In this document: positions 54,569-64,000 of the stretch, piece by piece | Position numbering within the stretch: position 1 is the first letter of the stretch | Layout: each line of letters opens with the position of its first letter | Origin: Pachysolen tannophilus NRRL Y-2460 | Lineage: Eukaryota | Length of the DNA: 64,000 nucleotides | Direction of reading: 5' to 3' | Assembly (NCBI GenBank): GCA_001661245.1 | Contig: KV454018.1 | Span: forward strand, 867,996 to 931,995 | The notes under the pieces: generated by a model | Told to the model about the DNA's origin: nothing | Seen by the model: only the letters and a program-made list of their open reading frames with translations | Database searches by the model: none | Made by a program: the position numbers and the translations under genes

Positions 54569-55255
54569 TTAACGATTTGATTTAGCAACACGTTCCAATT
54601 CATCCTTCTTCTTAATAGCATATGATGTTGAAGAACCTTTAGCAGCGTTAATTAATTCTTCAGCTAAACATTCTGCAATGGTTTTAATATTTCTGAAGGC
54701 AGATTCTCTAGCACCAGTGGTTAATAAAGAAATAGCTTGGTTTACTCTTCTTAATGGGGAAACATCAACAGCTTGTCTTCTAACAGTACCTGAAGAACCA
54801 ATTCTAGTAGAATCTTCTCTTGGACCAGTGTTAACAATAGCATCAACAACAACTTGTAATGGGTTTGAGTCGGTCAAGACATGGATGATTTCTAAAGCGT
54901 GTTTAACGATTCTAACAGCCTTTAATTTCTTACCATTATTTCTACCATTCATCATTAATGAGTTGGTTAATCTTTCAATGATTGGACATTGAGATTTTCT
55001 AAATCTCTTGGCAGCATATCTACCAGCAGTGTGGGAAACAAAGACTGGTTGTCTGATTTGAATGTAATCAGTCAAGGAAATATCCTTAACGGTAACATCT
55101 TGGAAAGACCATTTGTTGAATAATTTAACTTCTTGAGCACCAACTTGAATTTCAGCTGGGATTGGAGTAGCCAACTCAACAAATTTAATTTCAACTGGCT
55201 TAGAGATGATTTCTTCTTCGTATTGTTCTTCAACTGTGTTTTCAACGTCAGACAT
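54569..55255 (-). CDS. RPS5: 40S ribosomal protein S5 (uS7)
   Basis: [54 protein letters not shown]. Confidence 0.98.
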   Translation of the reverse strand: MSDVENTVEEQYEEEIISKPVEIKFVELATPIPAEIQVGAQEVKLFNKWSFQDVTVKDISLTDYIQIRQPVFVSHTAGRYAAKRFRKSQCPIIERLTNSLMMNGRNNGKKLKAVRIVKHALEIIHVLTDSNPLQVVVDAIVNTGPREDSTRIGSSGTVRRQAVDVSPLRRVNQAISLLTTGARESAFRNIKTIAECLAEELINAAKGSSTSYAIKKKDELERVAKSNR

Positions 55256-55962
55256 TTTTGAATCGATAATAATGAATATATCAAAATGAAATAAATAAAT
55301 AAAAAAAAAATTTAAAATTTAATTAATATCAATCAATCTAGTATCATTGGGAAACGGTATTTAGAAAAGAGAAAAAAAAAAAAAAAATTGAAGTGAAAAA
55401 CTTTTTGAAGTTGACTTTCCTAATTGGGTTATTCGGGAACTTCATCAAAAATTCACACTACTTCTGTTTTGGGAAATACATTTGTGACTTTGTTTTTTTT
55501 TTTTTTTTAAATTATTTCACACAAACCCGATTTACAAATTAGGGCTTTTTGACCTTTACCTAAAAAATTGAAAAAACTGAAAAAATGAAAAAGTAGTTAA
55601 TTCCGCTTATCCCCTTTTCCGCAGTAAATTGCTTCTGGATGATGCACTACTTTAGTAAATCATTATATGCACAAATAAATAAGTAAATGTATGTTTGTAT
55701 GTATGTATGTATGAATGTATGTGATTCAAACTGACTGGACTGGACAGGCTTTGTAAGAAAACTCATTTACCAAGAGATTGGCAAATAAGAGTTAAAAGCA
55801 ATAAGTGAGAGAAATACATTTTTTAATATTTAACATTGTTCATGCTAAATAAAAACACAAATATCTTGGAATCACCGGTAATTTAGTGAGTGAGGGATTA
55901 CATATTCATCGTTTAAAAAATAGTGGAGTGGACTTAGATCTAAGTCGGAGCAAAGCGTCTTT

Positions 55963-55973
55963 ATTTTGCGGGG
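55963..55973 (+). promoter_or_regulatory. Mig1-type glucose-repression site upstream of YAT2
   Basis: ATTTTGCGGGG, an AT-rich flank followed by SYGGGG. Confidence 0.45.
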
Positions 55974-56148
55974 TAAAAATTAAAAACTGATCATTACCAT
56001 AATATACTATGTAATAACATATATATAAATATATAAATGATTTATTAATTGACTTTGTTGTTTTCAAAGAATGATAGTATTTTTTTTTTTAATTTCTTTG
56101 ATAATTTTTTAATTAAGGTTTATTTATTCAAATTTTGGGATTTTAAAA

Positions 56149-58488
56149 ATGACAACTTTTGCAAATGAACCAAATTTAGAACGGTTACCTGTTCCAAGTT
56201 TAGAATCTACAGCAGAACAATTATTAAGCGCCCTTAGACCATTAATTCCACTGTCTAATTATAATAAATTATTAAATGATTCTATAAAATTTTTAAATAG
56301 TAAGAATGTTAAATTTTTACAAAAACATTTATTGAAAAGTTATGATGAAAATGATTGTTATCTTGATGGTAAAGGAATATCATTAGCAACTCCAGGAATT
56401 TATGGTGAATTATTTGGGAAAACTTTACCTAGAAACCCCTTTTTTATCTTGGAAGATGATCCATTAACAGGAACTTCACAATCACCAACTCAAACTTTTA
56501 GAGCTGCAGTATTAGTAACTTCAACTTTAAGATTTATATGTTCATTAAGAAAAGAAAGTATATCACCAGATTTTACTCCAAATTCTTCAAAACCTTTAAC
56601 AATGACAAATTATAAAAAATTGTTTGGAACTTCAAGAATTCCAATTTTAAAAGAAAATGGTAATGGTTCAAATGATATTGGAGTTGGTTTACATAAAAAT
56701 CCAAATTCAAAAAATATTATAATTTTATCAAGTGGACAATTTTATTCATTACAAGTTTTAAATGAAAAAAATGAATTATTTTTTACAAAACATGAATTAG
56801 CAGAAATTTTTGATTCTATAATTCAAGATTCTGAAAGTTTAAATCTATTGGATATAAATAAGATTGCTATAGGATCTATAAGTACAGAATCAAAAAATTC
56901 ATGGAGGCAGGCAAGATTAAGACTTGAAGAAACAAATTCAAATTATTTAAAATTAATTGATGATGCATTATTTGTATTATGTTTGGATTCAACTTGTCCA
57001 AAAACTGATAATGAGAAAATTGAATGTATTAGTCATGGTTTAAGCAGATTAGATAAACATAACTTCCAAGTAGGAACTTGTCTTAACAGATGGTATGATA
57101 AATTACAAATTGTTGTTTCTAAAAATTCAGTTGCAGGTTGTATTTGGGAATCAACTTCTTGTGATGCTACCTCTGTTTTAAGATTTTTCACTGATATATA
57201 TACAGATTCAGTTTTAAGAGTTGCAAGAAAAATAAATGGTTTAAATTTCACCATGTGGTCTCAAATTAACACTGTTGATGTTGGATCTGAAAAACCAACT
57301 TTTACAAAATTAAATTTTCAATTACCAGTAGATTTATTTAAATCGTTGCATTTAGCAGAGACAAGATTAGCTGACTTGATTTCTCAACATGAATATTATT
57401 CTTTAACAGTATCTAAATTTGGGAAAAACTTCATCATAAATAAATTGAAATTACCAGCTGATTCTTTGATGCAATTAGTATTTCAAATAAGTTATTTTGC
57501 TTTATATGGTAAATTATGTGTTACAAATGAATTAATATCTACAAGAAGATTCAAAAATTCTAGAACAGAATTGATCAGTGTTCAATCAGAAGCTGTATTA
57601 CAATGTTGTCAATCTTTTATTAACTCATCTACATTATCACAAAAATGGTCAGATTTGAAAGCAGCATGTTATGAACATTCATCTAAAGTCAAAAAGGCAA
57701 GTCATGGACATGGTTTTGAAAGACATTTGAGTGCGTTACGTTCTGCTTATCAACAAAGAAATATATTGAATAGTATTGGTGGTAATGAGTTGCCTCAAAT
57801 AGAAGAAGTTGAACCTCCATTGATCTTTGATCCTTCGGTAGATTTAATTTACAATACAGAAATTTTGATTGCAAACTGTGGTAATCCAGCTTTACATTTA
57901 TTTGGTGTAACTCCAGCTATTACAAATGGTTTTGGTATTGGGTATATTATTAAGGAAAATCAAGTACAAATAGTTGCTTCCAGTCAATGGAGACAAACTG
58001 AAAGATTTTTGAAAACTGTAGAATCAGTTATAACTAGAATAAAACATTACTCGAGAGAAATTTATCTGGCTGAAGGTCATATTACTTCTTCCAAAATTGG
58101 AGGTTCAAGAGCTAGAGAATTAGAATTTGAATCTTATACTAGATCCCCATTGAAGCATTCAAATGGTTCAATAATTCAATCATTGCCGATGGAGCTAATA
58201 AAATCGAATAATAGTGCATTCAATAATAGTAGTTCCAAATCTGTTGATAATGATACAAATTTCATACTTGGTGGTTATGACTATTTTGATGTTCATGCTT
58301 TACTGTCAAGATCAAATAACATGACCAGAGCTAATTCAGGATTTCAAAGCAGAGAGTACAGTTCTACTAACATTACAGATATATATCGATTAGAAGATGA
58401 AAGTAGGGATAACGTTTTAAGAAGAAGAGAATTTATTGACCATAATGGATCTATTGGTAGAAAAGTAGAGCTAAAAGAAGATGATTAA
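56149..58488 (+). CDS. YAT2: Carnitine acetyltransferase family protein, Yat2/Ctn3 type
   Basis: LERLPVPSL, GTCLNRWYDKLQ, WESTSCDATSVLRF, GHGFERHL, NCGNPAL, GFGIGY. Confidence 0.8.
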   Translation: MTTFANEPNLERLPVPSLESTAEQLLSALRPLIPLSNYNKLLNDSIKFLNSKNVKFLQKHLLKSYDENDCYLDGKGISLATPGIYGELFGKTLPRNPFFILEDDPLTGTSQSPTQTFRAAVLVTSTLRFICSLRKESISPDFTPNSSKPLTMTNYKKLFGTSRIPILKENGNGSNDIGVGLHKNPNSKNIIILSSGQFYSLQVLNEKNELFFTKHELAEIFDSIIQDSESLNLLDINKIAIGSISTESKNSWRQARLRLEETNSNYLKLIDDALFVLCLDSTCPKTDNEKIECISHGLSRLDKHNFQVGTCLNRWYDKLQIVVSKNSVAGCIWESTSCDATSVLRFFTDIYTDSVLRVARKINGLNFTMWSQINTVDVGSEKPTFTKLNFQLPVDLFKSLHLAETRLADLISQHEYYSLTVSKFGKNFIINKLKLPADSLMQLVFQISYFALYGKLCVTNELISTRRFKNSRTELISVQSEAVLQCCQSFINSSTLSQKWSDLKAACYEHSSKVKKASHGHGFERHLSALRSAYQQRNILNSIGGNELPQIEEVEPPLIFDPSVDLIYNTEILIANCGNPALHLFGVTPAITNGFGIGYIIKENQVQIVASSQWRQTERFLKTVESVITRIKHYSREIYLAEGHITSSKIGGSRARELEFESYTRSPLKHSNGSIIQSLPMELIKSNNSAFNNSSSKSVDNDTNFILGGYDYFDVHALLSRSNNMTRANSGFQSREYSSTNITDIYRLEDESRDNVLRRREFIDHNGSIGRKVELKEDD

Positions 58489-58526
58489 CAAAATTCTTGA
58501 TTTTATTCATTGTATGATAAAATTTA

Positions 58527-58988
58527 TTTTTCATAACTAATATCTCCAATGCTATAACTTCCATACCTTCTGCCATAATTGCTAAAAGAATTGGGCCTGT
58601 TAAGGGAACATTGTTTACTCAATTACCTTCAGCGGTATTCTTTATGCTCATCCCATTGTTGAATTTCAGTTTTGTAGCTTCAGCAATATCATTGATATTA
58701 TACTCTTCTATGATGGCAATGGATGTTGTTCCAAGACAAATTTTACTTACTACTTTAATAAATCATCATGAACTAACTAAAGTTTTAGGTATTGTGAATA
58801 TAGGGAAAACCGCAGCAAGATGTTGTGGGCCAGTTTTCACAGGGAAATTAGCTAGTATGGGGAAACTATGGGTTTGTTATATAATCTCCGGTTTAAGTGT
58901 TTTATTAAGCGGAAGCATTTTAGCCATTAATTTCAGAGGTATAGATAAAGTTGTACTTCAACAAAATCGTGTTAGAAGGAGAGTTTGA
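58527..58988 (+). CDS. YJR124C-like MFS transporter, C-terminal part (inverted)
   Basis: FFITNISNAITSIPSAIIAKRIGPVK..MDVVPRQILL..VNIGKTAARCCGPVFTG; has no start of its own, with an in-frame TAA at 58518. Confidence 0.85.
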   Translation, partial: FFITNISNAITSIPSAIIAKRIGPVKGTLFTQLPSAVFFMLIPLLNFSFVASAISLILYSSMMAMDVVPRQILLTTLINHHELTKVLGIVNIGKTAARCCGPVFTGKLASMGKLWVCYIISGLSVLLSGSILAINFRGIDKVVLQQNRVRRRV

Positions 58989-59150
58989 TAATTAAAGCTT
59001 TTCAATTAATACCCGCATTTTTTCTTTTTTTTTTTTTTTTTTCTTTTTCTTTCTTTCTTTCTTTTCTTTTGCTTTATCGTTATCTTTTTTCTGGCTCTCT
59101 ATATTGCTAGCTTGTTTATATATATCATTAAAATATAAGTATATACTGTA

Positions 59151-60095
59151 TAAAATACCTAATACAAAAGCTGTGACACCAAAGGAAACTTTGAAATAAT
59201 AAACTACCCATGCTGAAGTCATAAATCCATATCCAAATGAATCTATCATAAATATAACTAACAACTTAGATAAAATATTTTGAGTTTGATGAGATAACCC
59301 AGTCCACGTACTTGTATTTAATATATCTTGCCTCATTTCATCATCTTCTTCTTCGTAGTCATATTCACGTACTGAACCATGTAATCCTTCCAATAATGGA
59401 TCACTATCACTACTAGAGGTATTTCTTTCTTGTATATCTTGTTCCAAACAATGAGTTGAACGATATGTAACTTCACAATTTTCTGATAAATATAGCATCA
59501 AAATAAATTTTGTGAAAGCGAGTAGAGTATAACCTACAAATACAGATTTATAACAAGTCAATAATTGCCAACCTTGCTTTCTGTTCAAATAATCAATCAT
59601 AAAACCTGTAACTATTGAGCCAAATGCTGAACCCATTGTTGAAAGTAAACCATGAATAGCGTAAACTTCAGGCCTAAGATCCAAAGGTGCTAATTGTGCT
59701 ATTGAAGCTTCTTCAACTGATTTAAAAGGACCAGTTTCGTCTCCAGAAGGTGAAATGACACCCACAATTGCAGCAAATAACAAAATTATGAAATTATCGA
59801 TTGGTGAGGCAAATATTATACCACTTATCATCATCAACAATGTTCCTATGATCATAACATTTTTCCTTCCTATCTTATCACCATACCAAGTGAGATTATA
59901 CGAAATTGCCGAATCTCCAAGTAAACTCAACGTCATAAATAGTCCAATATTGGATTCAGATATGTTCAAACTTTTCAAATATAATGTCAATATTTGGTTT
60001 GTCAGACCATAAGAAGTCAACCTGATAAACACAGAAGCCCATAGTATGCGTATATCACTGGATGAGCTTTGAAGTGTCTCCACAATATGAACCAT
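59151..60095 (-). CDS. YJR124C-like MFS transporter, N-terminal part
   Basis: DIRILWASVFIRLTSYGLTNQ, VISPSGDETGPFKSVEEA, KLLVIFMIDSFG; homology ends at VLGIL. Confidence 0.85.
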
Positions 60096-60968
60096 TACAG
60101 AAGCATCTATATTCCCAAATATTCACTTTATTTTCTATTTCTTACTTTAAAAATATCAACTACAATCCATCAGAGGAATTATCTCTTTACCTTCATCCAG
60201 AGTTAGCAGTTAAAGCCGTCTTATTAAAGTCGCTTTTTTTCACAAAAGATTTCTCGCTTAATTTTTTTTTTTTTTCTTTTTTTTCACAAAAAGCGTAAAC
60301 CCCGAAAATGAAAACGGCTGCGACCCCACTTGATGATGGAAAAGATGAAATACAACGACAATACGATGATGAGTATTTAATATCATAGAAGATTACGTTA
60401 TTTTATCTTTGGACAGAACATTGTCGTCAGATTAAGCATTACCCAAGAGATTCTATTTATGACTAATCGTTACAAATTTTCAAAATAAATTGAAAAGTAA
60501 AGTAAAGTAAAGTAAAGTAAAAAAAAAAAAAAAAAGAAAAAAANNNNNNNNNNNNNNNNNNNNNNNNNNNNNNNNNNNNNNNNNNNNNNNNNNNNNNNNN
60601 NNNNNNNNNNNNNNNNNNNNNNNNNNNNNNNNNNNNNNNNNNNNNNNNNNNNNNNNNNNNNNNNNNNNNNNNNNNNNNNNNNNNNNNNNNNNNNNNNNNN
60701 NNNNNNNNNNNNNNNNNNNNNNNNNNNNNNNNNNNNNNNNNNNNNNNNNNNNNNNNNNNNNNNNNNNNNNNNNNNNNNNNNNNNNNNNNNNNNNNNNNNN
60801 NNNNNNNNNNNNNNNNNNNNNNNNNNNNNNNNNNNNNNNNNNNNNATTAAGCATTACCCAAGAGATTCTATTTATGACTAATCGTTACAAATTTTACAAA
60901 ATAAATTAGAAAAGTAAAGTAAAGTAAAGTAAAAGTAAAAAANAAAAAAAAGAAAAAAAGAAAGAAGT

Positions 60969-63900
60969 TCATCTATGGAAACCGAATTGGTTCATTACAC
61001 TGTCAATATCTTTCCATAACACATCTGAGTCCCAGTTATCTGCGTCAAAGTCAAATCCGTTCAAAGGTGAGTCATTTTCGACGTTTTCTGCTTTGAATGG
61101 TTGTGATTCAGTGCTATTGTTTATTCTTTCATCTAAGTTGAGGGTATCCAGAACAACAATGTCATTATTTTTGTCTCTATTTGTGTTTTCCCTTTCTTTT
61201 TTATTGAAAGATGTTCTTTTTTTGTTAGAGACCAGAGCAGAGTTTTCAATTAAGGCCAGATCATCAGTTGGAACTTGATTTGATTGAATATTTTTATTCT
61301 CAGTTTCTGTTAATTTTGCAGTTTTCCCATTATTATCACTATTGTTGGAGTTTGTAATATTTGTTTTCATTTCAACAACTTTATCAACATTATTATTATC
61401 TTGTATTTGCAGGTTTGTAATCTTATTTACATCTTCAGAGCTTTTTCTTGAACTCTCTAATTTCGACAGGTCGGACAGCTGTCTAGATACAACTTGATTT
61501 TTTGGGGAGACGGAGCTACCCAACGATGGCGAAAGATTATTTGGATTGATCACTTTTTGTAAAAAACTTGATGTAACAGAATTTGCTCTATCATCATTAT
61601 ATTCCTCTGTGTTATTGATTGAAATTGGACGAGGATCCAAGGGAATTGTTCTAATGATTTTTCTTGCTGATGATTCCGGGTTTAAAGTAGAAGACAAAGT
61701 TCTTTGTTTTCTTTTGAAACTTGAACTACTGGTTGATGACTGTGGTGTGCGGTTATTACCCTCATTTTCATGATGACTTTCAGAGTAAGATGATTCCGAA
61801 TCTTCGTCATCATCGTCTTCATCTTCGTCAATAGCATTTTCATTGAAATCATCATCTTTATCGTTGACAACAGCAATGTCATTATTATTATTATTGTTAT
61901 TATTATTATTTTTGCTATTAATATTATTATTCTCATTTGAATTTTGAGTAGGACTCAACTTAATCATTCCACATTGTTCTCTTAAAACCCATAAACAATC
62001 AAAAAATATAGAAGCGCACATACGAGTTCTAATGGTTACACTGACGTTCTGAACATTTCCCTTTTCATTAAGAATTCTGAATAAAGCCCACATATTCCTC
62101 ATTATACCAGAAGATCTATAAGCCATATCATGCTTTAAGACAGATGCCTTCAATGCTAGCTTTATTGCATGTTGATATAATTCCTTACCAGCTCCAACAT
62201 CTAGTACATCACTATAAGGTGAATTTATTAATCTCGCAATAATACAAGCTGCTTGCCAAATAGTTAAAATATAAACACCAGGTAAATATCTCACAAATTT
62301 TTTATCTCTTATTTGTGAGTTTTGAGAATGTGCAATCAAAGCCAAAGCAGCATTATAAACTCTGACAAAACCTCTTCTTAGTTCAAATGAAGCTACTTTG
62401 GATGTATCCAAGAAATGATAAGTCAATATATGTAACCTTGTAGATAACAAAGAGAATCTTCTAAGATCATCCAATGGTGAAGTTAAATCAGTACTTAATC
62501 TGATTTCTAATTCGTCCAATTGTTCTAGCAATATTTGTAACAAAGGTAATCTTTCTGTAGCATCAATTAAACCTAAAGGATCCATCGGATTATTATTCAA
62601 AGTTTTTGCAACTTGATCTTCTAAGTGCTGTATTTCCATCATTTGTGTCATTACAGCGGGTATCCGAATTTGAGAACCTGGTCTACAAGCAGCCAAAACC
62701 GCTGCATCGAATTGAACAAATGCGGGAAAACCAAATGCAGTAGCTACGGTCTGGCTTACAATGTTACATCCAACCCATGTTCTGATGTGTTCATTCAAGA
62801 GTTCTAAATTGTTTTTTTTCAAATTATTGAAAGAATCTGTTTGACCTGGTGAATGTAATCCAATTCTTATAGCTTGAAATAATGCAATACCTATAGTATG
62901 CCATGAAGTGTCTGCTGACAATGAAGAAGTTAAAGGAGGCCAAAAAGTGTATAGCAACAATGCCTGAACTGAAAACACACTAGATACGTTTAATATTGGT
63001 TCATCAACTTCCGAGGGAACATATCTTGTTATCGGACTGATTGCTATTTCTGCCAACAAGGACTTTAACAATGACGATAGTTTCATGTATAAATCATTGC
63101 GTGATGATGAAGAATGCAGGTTGGCATTTACATTTGTCTGGGCTGACATATCTGGTGTTTGCGTTACAGATGTATCCTTGGTTAATTTACACCTTCTTAA
63201 TGAAATAAACATAATTGTCCAAAATAATACGGGACAAAGACGATATATTCTTTCTGGACCTTTGCTTATATCAACCACTGGTAAAATTGGATGATAATTT
63301 TCACAAAATTCTTTAAATAAAATCTTAATATCTTCTGGTGATAATGAAACATCACCCAATTGCTTATTTGTACATTTTAATTGATTTTCTGTCAAGAATA
63401 CATTTCTTTCCATTGACCTTGGCTCTGGTATCTTATTACCAAATAAATTATTTATATTATTGTCAATACCAGACCTTGCAATAGAAGGCTTATTAGAAGT
63501 AGTTTCCTGCAGAAATACTGAACTAGAGCCTGGTGTTGATTTCATTGAGGTGTATGGTGATGGCAGTCCAGTAGGTAGAGTATTAGTTAAAGGCAGCGGT
63601 GAATCAAATCTAGGTGTGGAATAACTATTATTATTATGATTATCCAGCAATGCAGATCTTAAAGGAGGTAAGTGAGATTGATACTGAGGTTGAGACTGAG
63701 GTTGAGACTGAGACTGAAAATGAGACTGTGTTGCATAAGGATTTGATTGACGCTGTTGATGATGAAACTTTACTTCAGCATCTGATATTGAAGAAGCTCC
63801 TAATAATGAACTATTTCTTTCTAAATTCTGTAATAAACCTTGTGCTCCTGCTTCTTGTAACGTCCTTCGTAAGTCGCTGAATTCTTTTTCTATTTGCGCT

Positions 63901-64000
63901 ATCCTTGCTCTCTTATATGTTCTCTTATAATCTGGTTTTAAAGTACAGGGCAAATTTCTTTTCACACATCTCGTACATGGATTTGGTTGTTTTTCATATG
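60969..64000 (-). CDS. LEU3: Zn2Cys6 regulator Leu3 (5' end lies beyond the window)
   Basis: PCTRCVKRNLPCTLKPDYKRTYKRAR; C-terminal WDSDVLWKDIDSVMNQFGF activation domain. Confidence 0.88.
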   Translation of the reverse strand, partial: YEKQPNPCTRCVKRNLPCTLKPDYKRTYKRARIAQIEKEFSDLRRTLQEAGAQGLLQNLERNSSLLGASSISDAEVKFHHQQRQSNPYATQSHFQSQSQPQSQPQYQSHLPPLRSALLDNHNNNSYSTPRFDSPLPLTNTLPTGLPSPYTSMKSTPGSSSVFLQETTSNKPSIARSGIDNNINNLFGNKIPEPRSMERNVFLTENQLKCTNKQLGDVSLSPEDIKILFKEFCENYHPILPVVDISKGPERIYRLCPVLFWTIMFISLRRCKLTKDTSVTQTPDMSAQTNVNANLHSSSSRNDLYMKLSSLLKSLLAEIAISPITRYVPSEVDEPILNVSSVFSVQALLLYTFWPPLTSSLSADTSWHTIGIALFQAIRIGLHSPGQTDSFNNLKKNNLELLNEHIRTWVGCNIVSQTVATAFGFPAFVQFDAAVLAACRPGSQIRIPAVMTQMMEIQHLEDQVAKTLNNNPMDPLGLIDATERLPLLQILLEQLDELEIRLSTDLTSPLDDLRRFSLLSTRLHILTYHFLDTSKVASFELRRGFVRVYNAALALIAHSQNSQIRDKKFVRYLPGVYILTIWQAACIIARLINSPYSDVLDVGAGKELYQHAIKLALKASVLKHDMAYRSSGIMRNMWALFRILNEKGNVQNVSVTIRTRMCASIFFDCLWVLREQCGMIKLSPTQNSNENNNINSKNNNNNNNNNNDIAVVNDKDDDFNENAIDEDEDDDDEDSESSYSESHHENEGNNRTPQSSTSSSSFKRKQRTLSSTLNPESSARKIIRTIPLDPRPISINNTEEYNDDRANSVTSSFLQKVINPNNLSPSLGSSVSPKNQVVSRQLSDLSKLESSRKSSEDVNKITNLQIQDNNNVDKVVEMKTNITNSNNSDNNGKTAKLTETENKNIQSNQVPTDDLALIENSALVSNKKRTSFNKKERENTNRDKNNDIVVLDTLNLDERINNSTESQPFKAENVENDSPLNGFDFDADNWDSDVLWKDIDSVMNQFGFHR

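Noticed and set aside
60355..60427. Box C/D snoRNA (8-bp terminal stem plus ATGATGA)
   Set aside because: No CTGA box D before the 3' stem
60432..60960. ~110-bp direct repeat resembling an LTR or insertion site
   Set aside because: It flanks an N-gap with read-end indel differences, so it is an assembly overlap; the 124-aa ORF there is mostly Ns
1..64000. tRNA, rRNA, spliceosomal snRNA, transposon, recombinase or CRISPR features
   Set aside because: No diagnostic motifs were recognised by eye; a tRNAscan-SE or Infernal run would be needed to exclude them fully

Overview
AT-rich, gene-dense genomic DNA from a budding yeast (Saccharomycotina) draft assembly with three N-gaps. CTG codons fall at small or polar positions, which suggests a CUG-Ser code; an Ascoidea/Saccharomycopsis-like lineage is my inference. 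About 28 protein genes are present. Many are orthologs of the S. cerevisiae YPR178-YPR191 block (PRP4, HDA3, AOS1, SMX3, ATG13, PZF1, RPO26, MLC2, SKI3, RPC82, QCR2); the others include KAR3, GAB1, GRS1, ECM1, SST2, THI20/THI6, a Crz1/2-type factor, RPS5, YAT2, a YJR124C-like MFS gene and LEU3. Main observations: (1) two otherwise undecayed genes (GRS1 and the MFS gene) are each broken by a clean local inversion (~1.05 kb and ~0.62 kb) that restores a perfect ORF when flipped back; misassembly is the leading explanation, an invertible segment the alternative. (2) A ~0.93 kb, strongly self-complementary non-coding region between KAR3 and QCR2 has a template-like 13-mer between two helices and is a candidate telomerase RNA. 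(3) A Fet3-like multicopper oxidase has lost 8 of 11 copper ligands. (4) A ferroportin/IREG-family transporter is present. (5) A spliced 58-aa microprotein and three other intron-containing 5' ends were missed by the ORF track. (6) GRS1 has a candidate UUG-initiated mitochondrial presequence. The duplications flanking the N-gaps are treated as assembly artefacts.
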